Assembly (NCBI GenBank): GCA_013239625.1
Contig: MU055263.1
Location: forward strand, 5,179,886 to 5,243,885
DNA: 64,000 bases
Source: Lama guanicoe
Lineage: Eukaryota
Direction: 5' to 3'
Shown: positions 35,331 through 47,615 of the stretch, piece by piece
Layout: the number at the start of each line of letters is the position of its first letter
Position numbering within the stretch: position 1 is the first letter of the stretch
The notes under the pieces: model-generated
The model's database searches: none
What the model was told of the DNA's origin: nothing
Seen by the model: the letters and a program-made list of their open reading frames with translations, nothing else
Made by a program: the position numbers and the translations under genes

Positions 35331-36839
35331 CGGGGGTCGGCATTTCTGTGTCTCACGAGGGTTGAGACACGAAAGAGCTGACCTCCAGGGACAGTGCAGT
35401 GTGGCCCGCGGGCTGGAAGACGCTGGGGCGGGAGTGGGGCAGGAATGCAGAGCCACGGGGAGCGGCTCTGCGGGGCCAGGCCGCGCTCCCAGCTCAGGGC
35501 CGCCCGGGAGACGGTGCCTGCCGCTCTGCTCGGTCCGGCCAGAGGACACTCCGGTCTGAACCACTCTGTATGGTCACCCAGTCCCGGCACACACAGCGAG
35601 TCCTGTAGCATGGTAAACCAAGGCCTGTCTTGTCACTGGCCGCAGCCCTCGGAACTCAGTGCCCAGCTTCGTCCCTCGCTGCTGGCAGAGGTCCCGGGGA
35701 GGAACAGATACTTGCCGTCGTGAGGGGGTTGTGAGGACAGAACACCCACCCTTGCCGCAGGGGTGGGGGCTGCAGGAAACACTGCGCCAGTGACAAAACG
35801 AGAAGCCGAAGGTCGGGGACCCGGGCACAGATTTCCCAGTAGTTAGCCTCCATGCCCTCGGGGGGTCACTCAGCTTTCTAGGCCTTGGTTTCCTATTAAA
35901 TCAAAATCGAATAAGGATATTTCCTAGAGCAACGAAATCTCACACAACTTTTAAAAAACCTTTAGTCTATTGTCTTCTCCAATCAGTTCTTTCCAAAAAC
36001 CAAGCCACTGTTCAGAAGTCAGGGACCACGTCTCTTTTATCCTTGATTCTCCCCTGCGCGGCAGGGTGCCTGGCACACAGTAGGCGCTCGAGGCATGTGT
36101 ACTGAAGGAACGTTTCTCTGGACCGCCTCTGTGAGTGGGCGTTGCCCCCTACAACCTCTTCCCGGAGGGGAGAGGCAGAAATCTCTGGTAGCATAACAAG
36201 AGGGAGGAAGATTCTAATAGCTGATGACACAGAACACGTTAAAGCAGTCCTCAGTCGCCATGCATTAAGTCTTTTTAATGTAGCTTTTAAACAGCTTTTC
36301 TTATTAGCCAAATGATACACAGCAATCCTTTACCTCTCCTGTGTCAGATTAGCAGCTATTTCAAGTAAGTGCTAACGCTTCTGTCACTGGCAAGAGTGAA
36401 TTATGTTTTCCCTCCCAAGCTTGCATCAACACGCCCAACACGTGGGCTGCACACGCCTCTCTAATGGGACAGTGCGAGGTGCCACCGCTCGGGGATCACG
36501 AAGCAGCTCCACATCCCGCAGAGGGCTGTGTCCGCCCACCCGGCAGCCGCGCGGGGCCAGGCAGCCGCGCAGGCCGAGAGAATGGATGAGCTGGGGGGTC
36601 ACGCGGCTGAGCAACACGGCACCTACAGCCTCTCTGCTTTGTTCTATAAATAACCTGCACAGAAAATTCGAGACACGGTTATCCCTCGCGCATCTGTGTC
36701 AGGGACGCGGACAGTACAGGGGAGACCAGTTGTTTTATGAGCAAACTCCCCTTCTTTATAAATCTGGGAAGTCTTCCCCCCGGAAAAGCCAGTTGTGTGA
36801 CACGAACTTCTCACTTTTACAAGCCAGTTGATCCCGGTC

Positions 36840-37207
36840 TGTCAGAGAGAGCTCAAATTAAGAGAAAAACTGCAATAAAAATGCGTATTTCTTAGCAGGT
36901 GTGAGAAGCAAGACAACAAGCCCCAAACGGAGGCGCTGGGCCCCACACACCCAACCAGGATTTAGCTACAGGTCCGGCCGCCCCAGAAGTGGCGCCGTAA
37001 ACCCGCTGATCACAGGATGCCTGGTCAGGTGGTCCGTCTGCTTCAAGTAACCTCCTCGCTCCTGCTCCCTCTGCCTGTGCACGTCTGTCTCCTGCACAGC
37101 TGCTCAGAGCTTCCTTCTGTCTGCTGGACTGGATGCTGCCCAGTTCATGAATCATTGAAAAAGCCAATAAGACCTTTGCAATTTATTCATCTGAAGTTTT
37201 TTTTCGT
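36840..37207 (+). mobile_element. ERV1-type solo LTR
   Basis: Starts tgt; R/U5-like end cagagcttccttctgtctgctggactggatgctgcccagttcatgaatcattgaaaaagccaataagacctt resembles laurasiatherian ERV1 LTRs. Confidence 0.7.
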
Positions 37208-37649
37208 TGCTGGTGAACGTGTTGTGGTCCTGGATCTCCGTTCTTGTCTGTTGCCCCTCCTCTCACTCTGAGTCCCTGCGGGCCGACCTCTGGACGGCTG
37301 CCCATCCCTCGTCCCCTCCTTCTGCTGGAGTGACCCCCCTGTCATGGGCCTGCAGGACTCCTGTCCCCAGGGCAGTGCTGGAGACAGATCTCTTCTCTGC
37401 TCCCCAGCACTTGGTACCTCCCCCCACCAGCATGTCCAAACCAATCTATTTTCCTCTTTTTATTTGTATATAATCTCATCCCCTCCATGAGCTGGTAAGT
37501 TTCTTGAAATCAGAAACTATTTTTATTTTTTGAATTTCGGGCATGTATTAGAAGCCCAGTAAATGCTGAATCAGTTGTAAGAATAACCCCTCGATAGTGT
37601 CTCAGCTCCTCGCACGGCGCCGCCGGGATGCAGGGACTATGACTGTGGT

Positions 37650-37995
37650 TTCAGTGACAGCCTAGAGGATCGCGATTTTAGATAACTTGCCCCACAAAGC
37701 ACGCTGGTGACAGGGTGTCCTCGGCTCAGACGCAGGTGCCACTAGTCCAAGACCTCAGCCCCCTCCGCTGCCCAGTGCTGTCTTCTGATAACTCAGGCTC
37801 TCCAGCTACGTCCGCATGGCAAGTAGTTTCATGTGCAAATTCCCACTGCGTCCTAACAGCTGCCTTACAAAAACCTGCCATCCGTTCCTTTTATAAGTGA
37901 GGAAGCAAAAGCTCAGAAAAGTTAAGAAACTCCCCTGTGGTCCCCAGCAATGTCATATCTAAATCCAAGTCTCCTGAATTCCGGATCAGGAGTCC
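37650..37995 (-). mobile_element. Two MIR fragments
   Basis: gataacttgcccc...; ttttataagtgaggaagcaaaagctcagaaaagttaag. Confidence 0.65.
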
Positions 37996-38312
37996 AGTAT
38001 GACAGAGGAATCACAGGAAGGAACTGCGAAGCAACGCGCTTGCTGCCGGCAAAGCAGCCCAGGCGCCCGAATGCACGGGCCGCCAGCCCCTCGGCGGCGC
38101 CCACGGGGAGCACCGCGGACAGAGGCGCGGCGGGAGGGCTGCCCTCTGCTGCCCCTGGCCTGGTGCCCCTCCTGCCACCCGGGGCGCTTTTGGCTCAGAG
38201 ACATTACCTGCAGAGGTGTGCACGTGCCCCCTCCCCACCCCCATCTTATCAGTGACATCAGCTCTTTTTCATCAGCTGAAATAATCAAGCTTAAAGCCAA
38301 TGATCTAACTTT

Positions 38313-38445
38313 GTTTTCTTTCCTTCCTTCCTTCCTTCCTTCCTTCCTTCCTTCCTTCCTTCCTTCCTTCTTCCCTCTTCCTCTTCCTCCTTTTTCTTCT
38401 CCTTTTCTGCCCTCCCTCCTCCTTCTCTCTCTCCCTCCCTCCCCC
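38313..38445. repeat. (TTCC)n microsatellite and polypyrimidine tract
   Basis: About 12 TTCC units followed by C/T-rich sequence. Confidence 0.95.
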
Positions 38446-39384
38446 GACTCTGCAGACTGTCCTCTTCCCGCCAGGCAACATTCCTCCTTCTCAGGACTTG
38501 GAGATTCCCCGTCTCCCCGACAGAGCGCCATCCAAAGGCAACGTGACTCTATTCTCAGACAAAACTTTCTAACTTCTCCCCAGCGCCCACCCTTCTTCCC
38601 ACCGTGGCAGGCGTGTGTGTTCCCCCCAAAGATCACTGATTAAAGGGACAGACTGGCAAGGGGCCCAGATCCTGATGCGGACGGTTGGGTCTTCCGCCCA
38701 TCCCAGGCGCCAGGTGAGCTTGGTCCTCCTTGGTGTTGACAAGGAGCAGGAAGAAAACAGAAGCAGCTGACACACAAAAGTCTCCTCAGGTCTGGGCTCC
38801 TCCCCACACAGAGGCCGTGCAGGTGGAGCCATGTGAATCCACCAACACCCGGTTTGCCTTTGCCACAACCCCAGATATTCCTGGGGTTATAGGTTCAGTC
38901 AATACCAATTATTTAAATATTCAATAATGTGCCCCTTGTAACTTAATCCACCATTCACTGTGCAAGCCAGTTCTGCTCTGGACCCTTCCCTAAGTTGGAC
39001 CTGACCCTTTCCTGACTTGGATCTGGAAAGACCATGCATTTCTCTTTGCTTGACTTCTGCTTGCTGTATTTACAAAAGGCTTTTCTCACTACGGCTTTAT
39101 TGACAGGAGAGCCACCACCACCACCACTCCATGTTTGTGGGGCAGCAGGTGCACTTTGGATACCGCTCTGCCCGTGACACGCCTTACCCGTGTCCCCGTG
39201 ATGGCACACGCTGCCGTCTCCCCCTCATGGCCTTGTCTGCTGCACCCACTGCCCCCCCAAATCATGAGCTTGGCGCATCCTACGTCTAGGAACTAAATGA
39301 ATACACTTCCCTTCTCCAACCAAAGGGATTTACTGCTGATCCGTCTTAAGGAACACGGGTCTTAATACCATCAGCATGACTAAT

Positions 39385-39610
39385 AAGATCTCTGTCTCTT
39401 ACGACATCCTTGCGGTGGGCCAGGCTGTGCGCTACATGCTGCACGGGCGTCGCTGTAGTTACTTTGCACGGTAACCCTGCGCAGGAGGCATTGTTACTGT
39501 CTTCACTCCACAGGTGAGTTTCCGTAAGGTCATCCAGAGCCCGGCCGCTTAGGGTTACCTACGCCGTCTTCAGGTCTAGGTCCTAGAGAGTCAGAGCCCA
39601 CGCTGTTTAC
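39385..39610 (-). mobile_element. MIR SINE
   Basis: gtgggccaggctgtgcgcta...cacggtaaccctgcgcaggaggcattgttactgtcttcactccacaggtgag. Confidence 0.6.
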
Positions 39611-41289
39611 CAGCTCCTCCAAGCTCAACCCCCAGGTTACTCCCCTGAAGCACTGAACACTAAGAGCACATGTTGGTCATTAACCCCGATTTTAGAGGAG
39701 TTGCATTTCCCGGATTCTAAAGTCTTGGTCCCCTTGGGGTCCGCCTTCCTGGGAAGGGGAAAGGTAAGTGCTCGGCGTTTTTTGCTCCAGTTTAGTAAAG
39801 CCACGCTTATGTTTTTCAAAAATGAAAACCAAAGCTCATTATCTGTGATAACTGAAAAACATCGAGCTGGATGGACGGTACATTCTGCCTCGGGAAGGGA
39901 GGGCTGTAGCGGAGAGAGCTGGGGCAGGGGGCTCGGGCCCGCTTCCGGCCCCACCAAGCAGCTCTGTGGCCTTGATCTTCCTGACCTCGATCTCCTCATC
40001 TTCAGCAGGAGGAGGTTTCCCATCCTTCTCCCACGATGCTGGGGGATTCGACGTGACCGTAAGACCTTGGGTAAGGGACCGGCACAGGACCCCGCGTGGA
40101 GCAGACACTCGGGTTAATCACATCGGAGTCTGAATTCTTCTGAACTCCCTGCGACATCTGTGTAAAAGCAAGTTAAATCCGAAGTCAGACCCTGATCTCG
40201 CCACACGGTCTTCCTCTGGCCCCGTAGGTTAATAGATCTTTGCATTTATCAGCACTGTTCTCACCCCTATGTTTGTATTACCTGCGTACCACAAGGCGTG
40301 TGGTAGAAAGAATTATCTTTCCATCCTTATCCTTTGGGTCATCTCCTTGCATTAACCTCTATTGGAAAACACTGGAAGCTAAATGTGAATAGAAAACACA
40401 AAGTCCGCTGAACTAGAACTCGGGTCAGTGTTTGGAACTGAAGTCGTGCTTTACTGATACCCGTGGAAGCCTCCTCAGGAGGCTCGCAGCGGCTTTCCAG
40501 CGCTGGCTGGATCACAAGGACGCCCGCGACCTCTGACCTTCCGATCAGCTGCTCATCTATCATCTAACATCTTCGGCTGAGCGAAGAGCAGGGTATCCCT
40601 AAGAGCAGGTTTTAATTATTAATATATATTAATAATGCATTGCATTATCTTTTCACTGGAGTGCCGGGTTTGGATACAGTCAAGTTTTATGAATTACTGT
40701 CAGTTTGAACAGGGCAGTTTAGATAGGAGTGTCATTTTTCAATAAGTCATTGCAGTCTGGATCAGTTTATCCCACGTTCCCTCTGGTCAATGGCCCAGGG
40801 AAGAAGAATGCCCAGAGTGGGGAGGGGATCATGTTGTGCATTCTAATTCTACTCCTTTTTGTTCTGCAAACAGCATCCACAGTTTGCTAGGAGACCTACC
40901 TGAGCTCAGCCCAAGTGGGTCAGTTAAGTAAGCTGGTTCCTCCTCTGTCCCCAGGGGTGGGCGTGTACCCCAGGCCTGGCCAGTCAGGGTGTGGCTGAGG
41001 ATGGGCATGCGACCCAGTCAGAGACGGTCAGAGCCACCCCAGGGGTCCCGGGACATGTCCCCCTGGGGTCACTCCCTCCACTGAGTCTGCGTGTGTGTGC
41101 GTGTATGTGTGAGTGTATGTGAGACACAGTTTTTATGTGGGTGCCCGGGTTCGCAGGGTTGGGAGGCAGACAAGGAGCATGATGCCTGGAGCTTGAAACC
41201 ATGCAGAATCATTTCTAGAAAGATGGTTGTTACCATTTATGGAGGACTTGAATCTGTACTAAGCCTTTCGTATGAATCATATCCCTTCG

Positions 41290-41370
41290 CTTTTTTTTGT
41301 TCTTTGTTTTTTAATTGAAATACAGTCGATTTACAAGGTTGTGCTAATTGCTGGTACACAGCGCAGTTGG
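41290..41370 (-). mobile_element. Severely 5'-truncated young L1 3' end inserted in a MIR (about 41225-41520)
   Basis: T-rich tail then aattgaaatacagtcgatttacaaggttgtgctaattgctggtacacagc (cetartiodactyl/camelid-like L1 terminus); imperfect TSD atccc(c)tt; MIR continues tttaattctcacagcaactccacgaggtgg. Confidence 0.7.
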
Positions 41371-42503
41371 AGCATCCCCTTTTAATTCTCACAGCAACTC
41401 CACGAGGTGGACCATAGCATCGTCACCCACGTGTTGCACGTTAGGACACGCCCAGAGGCACACAGAGTCCAGATTTGAACTGAGGTCTGTCCTCTAGCTC
41501 CCGGCACTTCTGCTCCACAAACGTGTTACTCGTCAGTCTAATTAACAATTTACAAAGGGCTCCTGAATTCTCCATACGTAGACTTGTTAAACCAAGTTTG
41601 TGTTAGATAAGAAAGGAAACACATTTGTCATTTTATTCACTTGGTAATGGAAATATTTTGATCATTGTACTTTCACCCTGGGTGTTTCAAAGAGGCAGAA
41701 ATGCAGATGAAGGTCTGTTGCGTTGTGTTGTTTTGTTTTTCTACCAAACTGGCTTCATACTTTCGGGGAATTTAAGCTACGGTGACTTCCCGGTCGTCAG
41801 GAAACAGCGTTACAGATTGTGCTTCCCGTCGCTGATAAAAAACCTCCGAATTAGAAAGGTGATTAGAAGTTCCTTGGAATGTGACTCTGAATATAGAAGC
41901 GCAGAATGGAAAACCCAGTGATGGGTAATTGCTCGTGACATGAATGGACCTATGAAATATACATTTCCCTTCTCCCCGTCTTGCCTCAACTCATTCGCTA
42001 CTTCAGTTTGTATAATAGTTGAAACTCCTGGCAGAGCAGAGGCAGTAACTGCAAACAGCTGTAAATTATTGCTCATCTTGCTGATCAAAATGACTTCCTG
42101 CTAAATAAACCATGAGAAAAGCTTTTCCGCCCACAGAGAAGTGAAGTGCAAATGATACGTGGGCTCCGTGAGGAGAGCAACAGGTCGCATTCTCCTGCAG
42201 CTGTGGTCACTGTCAGAGGAGGCTTAGAAAGTCAACTATGTTCAGAAAAAGCTGGGGTCATGGCGTTCCCAGGACAGTAGGACTCCCGAGCAGCACCTGG
42301 AGTTCCAGAGCTTTTAGGAGCGCCGTCTTGCTTCTTCTCTCAGACCTTCCAACTTGGTGAGCGCAACTCGCAATGTGGTTTTATGTATCCTTATTTTGGA
42401 CACCACTCAGTTTATCTTACCTTCAGAGACACTGGCTCCAAGGAACATTAGCTAGACATCGCGTCTTGGTCTTCTGTCTGGTTCTGAAGTTTCAAAGTAA
42501 ACA

Positions 42504-42572
42504 TGGTGGTGACGGCGCTGGCAGTGGTGACGGCGTTGACGGTGGTGATGGCGTTGGCAGTGGTGATGCTGC
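42504..42572. repeat. Degenerate 18-bp tandem repeat (about 4 units)
   Basis: tggcagtggtgacggcgt / tgacggtggtgatggcgt / tggcagtggtgatgctgc. Confidence 0.8.
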
Positions 42573-43149
42573 CGCAGGAAGCATCCGGTTCCAGCTCTCT
42601 GACGTGAGAACAGTCTGGTGCCGGAGTCACAGCTTTGACCTCTGACGTCACCGCAGCCATCTGCCCAGACTACACTGCGGGCTCTCTGTGTTCCTCTCGA
42701 ACTAGGGGATTAGGTGATTTTCAGCGAATTATAAAAGTTAGAACTCTTCCTCCACACTCAGACGTAAACCTTGGTCCCCTACCTGTCTTCTTTTCCCGAA
42801 TCAAGCCTCTCATAAAATTTGCTACTAAACCTGTCTTCCCATTTGGACTCCTGAAGCCTGACCAGGTCTGCGCTCATGAACGCACGTCAGATCCGTCCTC
42901 CGTCACCGACCCCGCGCCGTCACCAGCGATTGCCCTTCACTCTCATCTTCCCTGGTTCTTTGCACCTGCTTCGACGCCGTGCTCCAGCCCCAGGCCTTTC
43001 CGTGCTCTTACCTCTTACCCGCTGGGGGCACTCCATTTTCATTCACCTTCAGGACCTTCTGTTGGGGATTTGTGACGTGGTTTGGATATGGAACTTTTTA
43101 CCATGATGTTACCTCAGAGCTAATAAACCTGAAGAAATGCTTAATATTG

Positions 43150-43310
43150 TTCATCTTCCTGCCAGGGTCCACTCCTCCTTTCAGCTGTGTGTCCCATCAG
43201 TGCCACCACTGTCGGCCCAGGGGTGCAGGGAGGAGGCAGGTCCCCTCGGCACAGTGAACGTGCAGGGGCTCAGCCAAGGTTTGCTGCATAAATAAACGAA
43301 TGGATTTGCA
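43150..43310 (+). mobile_element. L2 LINE 3' end
   Basis: cacagtgaacgtgcaggggctcagccaaggtttgctgcataaataaacgaatggat. Confidence 0.6.
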
Positions 43311-43817
43311 CAGAGCTGCCCTTGTAACTAGGCTGACCGCTGTTGCCTTGGCCTGAGTTTTACTCTCTGCAAAGAGAGTGTCTAAGAGCTTATACCAAGG
43401 TTTTTGTCTGTCCCTCAGGACAGACTCAGGACATACACTGTGAACTGAACTGCACTTGTGGGATCTGCATATTTCACGTTGAAAATATCTAATACCTTGT
43501 AAGCAGGGTGTTGCCAGCAGGAACCTGTACATCAACAGCTGCAAAGGACGTCCGGCACCTCCTCAGCGTTGTGCCCAGCCCCGGGGAAAAGGCAGGGCAG
43601 GTAACAGTGAGAAACGCAGCGCAGACCAGTGAAGGGCACGTTGCTGGCTGTGTCAAGCAGTCCAGCTGTGTCTGGGGGACTCCTAGCTCAGTGGCCTTCT
43701 CCTGTGAACAATGTCTCAGCCACAGGTGACGCCCGTGAGCCCCAAGGCTGTGACGCCATAGAACCGCAGCGTGAGAGGAAAGAAGAGGCTGTCGTCTGCA
43801 CCCAGAGCCCCGTGGAG

Positions 43818-44682
43818 TGTGTGAGGGGACCCTCCGAGTTCACCGGCTGCTTCTGTGCTCCAGCTGGGGGGCGCTTCCCGACTTGAACAATCCTCTGACG
43901 CCAGCTGGGTGGCCCGCGGTCCCATTCGGTCCTGACACCAGCGGCCTGGAGCTAGAGTCAGAGCCCACGGGCTAAGGGCTCGGTCCCCACCTCCCAAGTC
44001 CCAGGCTGTCCCTCGTGCTTCTGACCAACTGCCCATAAAGCAGGGTCTCCAGGCTGCTCCCTGGGCTCGGGCACTTGCCAGAATGGCTCGTGGGCTCGGG
44101 GAAGCCCTTACTTATGTCACCAGCTTATTATACGATTGAAGACACAGCCCAGGGCACAGCTGAACAGCCAGATGGAGAGAAGCACAGGGTCAGGTCCCGC
44201 GGAGTCCTGCGCGCAGGGGCTTCTGTCCCCTGGGGTTGGGGCGCACTGCCCTCCTGGTGTGGGGCTGTGTTCACCAACCGAGAAGATCTCTGAGCCCCGT
44301 AGTTGAGATTTTTGTGGAGGCTTCCTCATGCAGTCTTGATCAATTACTAACTCCACCTCCATTTCCCCTTCTCAGAGGATGCGGGGTGGGTGGGGCCAAG
44401 TGCCAAGCTTCTAATCACCGTTTGTCATCCTGGTGACCCGCCCTCATCCAGGAGCTATCTGACATCGCGCTGAGTGTTGTCTCATTAGACCAAAAGACGC
44501 TCCCACCGCCCAGAAAGCTCCACGAGACTTGGGAGCTCTGTGTTGAGAATGGGAGTCAAAGACTAAAGCTAGAACAAAAGATGCTCTTAGCGCCTTCATT
44601 GCTTAGGACATTGCACGGTGTTTGGGAGCTCTGGCCAGGAACCAGGGAAAGAGACCAAAATACGTATTTCTTTTATATCACA
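43818..44682 (-). mobile_element. MER21-like ERVL solo LTR
   Basis: ctctgacgccagctgggtg...cctggagctagagtcagagcccacgggctaagggctc, cttctgaccaactg, gaacagccagatggagag, caggggcttctgtcccc; ends gagaccaaaatacgtatttcttttatatcaca. Confidence 0.88.
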
Positions 44683-45204
44683 ATAGCACAGGTGTGGCTG
44701 CCTGAGACCAGGTGGAGGGGAGAGCGGTCCTTCCCCAGAAGTGACTGAGTGTGCACCGTGCCCGCTTCCCCTGGTTCACGAGCAGGACACGGGGAGCCAG
44801 GTGCGTCCTCTGTGGTTCTGCACAGGCCTCCAAGTCCCTTCCCGGGCAGCGGGTGCCTGCTGTGCTGAGCTGGAGTCTCAGGAGGCAGGGCTGACTTCCC
44901 CTCCTCCTCTATGGGGGACACCACCATGTTACACAGGAAGTCACCTCCTTGATGAGGCCACGTGCTTCTGGCGACAGATTCCTCCTCTGTGTCCATCCCC
45001 AGGGGTGAGCTGTGATTTGTCTGCGCTAGAATATGGGGGCTCCTGGGAGCCAGGTGGGAATGTGCTTTGTTCTGTGTCCCACACATTGAAGCTGGTTTGG
45101 CACCTCTGGACCTCGCCCACTAACTGCTGGTAGCCTCTCCAGTCCTTGTGACCCCAAAGCCCCCACACTTTTGCTCACATCTCGATGGGGAGCACTGGCT
45201 TTGT

Positions 45205-45617
45205 TCCCCTTGCCAGTGGGCAGCCAGCACAGCCACGTGAGGGGGCGCTAATGAGCAGGATGTAGGGGAGGGCGGTGGTGGGCTTCCAGGGGACATTTTC
45301 CTCTCTGACTGAAAACAATACAGAGAGAAATCGCTCCTCTTCCTTTGCTGGACGAGGTCGTGCTGGGTGCGATGCCCGGCGGTCCTGCAGCCACCTCGCA
45401 GCCGCAAGAGGAGCTGGACTGAAGTGTAAAGGGAAGTGAACTGAGACGGCAAAACAGAAAGCGGGAGGAGCCGGTCCTGGGTGATGCCTCTGGCCACCAA
45501 ATAACCAGCCCTGGGCCCCCGGCCTGGAGCGTCTGAGAAATGACGGGGGCTCCTTACGGCTTCACCCGGAAGAACCGGGTTTGTCTCTAACTTGCAGTCG
45601 AAGGCCTAGCGAACACA
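45205..45617 (+). mobile_element. MaLR LTR (MLT1J-like), GC-shifted
   Basis: gtgcgatgcccggcggtcctgcagccacctcg...gacggcaaaacagaaagcgggaggagcc...aacttgcagtcgaaggcctagcgaacaca. Confidence 0.75.
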
Positions 45618-46289
45618 AGGCCTGGCGCTGGCTGCTGGGACGGGGTGAGGCCGTGGGAGAGCTCGAGACACCCTCCCGGGAAAGAGAGGAAGGGCGGGGA
45701 GACCCTTCTGGGGGAAAGGGGGCGAGAGGGGCAGCGTGCCAGCGCGGGGCCCAGCGTTGGTAATGCAGGGGCCCCGTTCACAGTCCCACAGCCGCGGAAG
45801 GACGCGGGGGAAGTGAGGACAGAGGGCCGTGGAGCTTAAGCAAGAGGAGGACTTCGTCGCCTCTGATGTTCCTGTGCTCTTTCTTTTGAAGTTTTAAAGG
45901 TGAACCTTCAAGTTTTGAAAAATGGCTTTGTTTCTTTTTTTCCTTTTGGGCTTCCTTCCAAACAGTAAATGTTGGCCCCAAATGGAGCACTTTTCTCCTT
46001 CCCGAGCTCCTGCAGAAAGTAGACAGTGATGGGCACCTCCATGTCAATGCTGCGTCCCATGTATATTTCACAAGCCTTGAAGAGATCTGACGACCCTAGT
46101 GTTTTTATTCAGCAAACTCAACTCTTAAAAGGATGTGAAGCGACTTGGAGCAAATTCAGGTACCAGAGAGGCAAAAACCGTTAATGTGGAGTAAAAGACA
46201 CGTGGAGCGAAGAGGGACTGACTCGGAGACGCCTTTGCCAGTTAGCTTGCTCCGTGCCCCAGACTCTGGAGACATTCTCATACATGCGT

Positions 46290-46870
46290 ATTTATTCTTG
46301 TATGTGTACCGTCCACACCCTGGAGAAATCCTTGCACGTGTGTATGTATATAAAGAACTATTCAAAAGTGTTTGTGGTACCATTGTTTGAGACAGGAAAA
46401 GATCAGAAATAACCTAAATGTTCCTCACTGAGTGAAGGAATAAATAAAATATGGCACATTCATATGACAAGTACTATACAGCCACCAAAGGGACGAGCTG
46501 AATCTCCATGCACCGACGTGGTCAGGTCTCGAGAAACATTAAATGCAAAAAGCACAACTGTGTGTACCGTCTATCATCTGTTACATTTTAAATCACACAC
46601 TTTTTTTTTTTTACAAAAGCACATGTTTGTGTGCAGAGGCGTATAAAATGGACTGCAGAAAACGCAGCAGGCTCTTCTCGGGTTGGCCGTGGGGACACTG
46701 GAGGGGAGAGGGACTGGGTGCGGGAGCAGGATGTTAGCTAAGTGGTAAAGCTGTACTTCCTTAAGGACTGCTGAAAACAAACGTGGGGAAATGCTAACAG
46801 AGGTTAGTTGTGAAATTGGGGATATAGGCGCCTATTATGTCCTTCTTTGAAGTTTATTAAAAGAAAAAGC
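46290..46870 (+). mobile_element. Ancient L1 (L1ME-like) 3' fragment
   Basis: cattgtttgagacaggaaaagatcagaaataacctaaatgttc...aaataaaatatggcacattcatatga. Confidence 0.7.
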
Positions 46871-47190
46871 CAAGAAGTAAGAGGAGGCATGCATTAAAAC
46901 ACAGAGGCGTGAGCAGCGGAAAACAAGGAAGCCCAGCTCCGAGCATCCTTGTTTCCTAGCAACCAGCACGGTCAGTAAAGCACACGCAGACCCGCGTCCG
47001 CCACGTCGCTGGAAGGAGCGGACGTCATCGCAGGGCTCGGCTTTGGGGGCACCTTGGCACCAAGGGCTGGAGCGACGTCGTGCACAAGGCCTTTGATGGC
47101 GGTGCTGCCTGCAGTGCAGGGTGTTTCAGCAGCGCTGGGGGGTCTTGAATCAGCTCTCAGGAAGTAATCTGGACACACCGTGAAATCTCA

Positions 47191-47615
47191 CGGGCACACC
47201 TCGGAGACTGCAGGCTGGCTTCCAGACCACTGCAATAAAGCAGTATCGCAACAAAGTGAGTCGTGAATTTTTTGTTTCCCAGTGCACATAAAAGTAACAC
47301 TTACACTACAGTGTAGTCTTTAAAGTGTGCAGTAGATTAATGTCCAAAAAACCCCCACTATATACATCTTAATTTAAAAATACTTTATTGCTAAAAATGC
47401 TAACCATCACCTGAACCTTCAGTGAGGCACGATCTTTGTGCTGGTGGAGGGTTTGAAAAATTGCAAGAATGATCAAAACATGACACAGAGTTACGAAGTG
47501 AGCAAATGCTTTGGGAAAATGGCACCGGTAGACTTGCTCAGCACAGAGCTGCCATAACCCTTCAATTTGTGAAAAATGCAATAAAGCCAAGTGCAGTTAA
47601 AACGAGGTCTGCCTG
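47191..47615 (+). mobile_element. Tigger1-derived non-autonomous element (internal deletion)
   Basis: cgggcacacctcggaga...ttccagaccactgcaataaagc; aatttaaaaatactttattgctaaaaatgctaa; ends aaaacgaggtctgcctg (TIR caggcatacctc). Confidence 0.92.

Noticed and set aside
37986-38643. 216-aa and 214-aa ORFs with KEGR / PSFL repeats
   Set aside because: Translation of the (TTCC)n microsatellite
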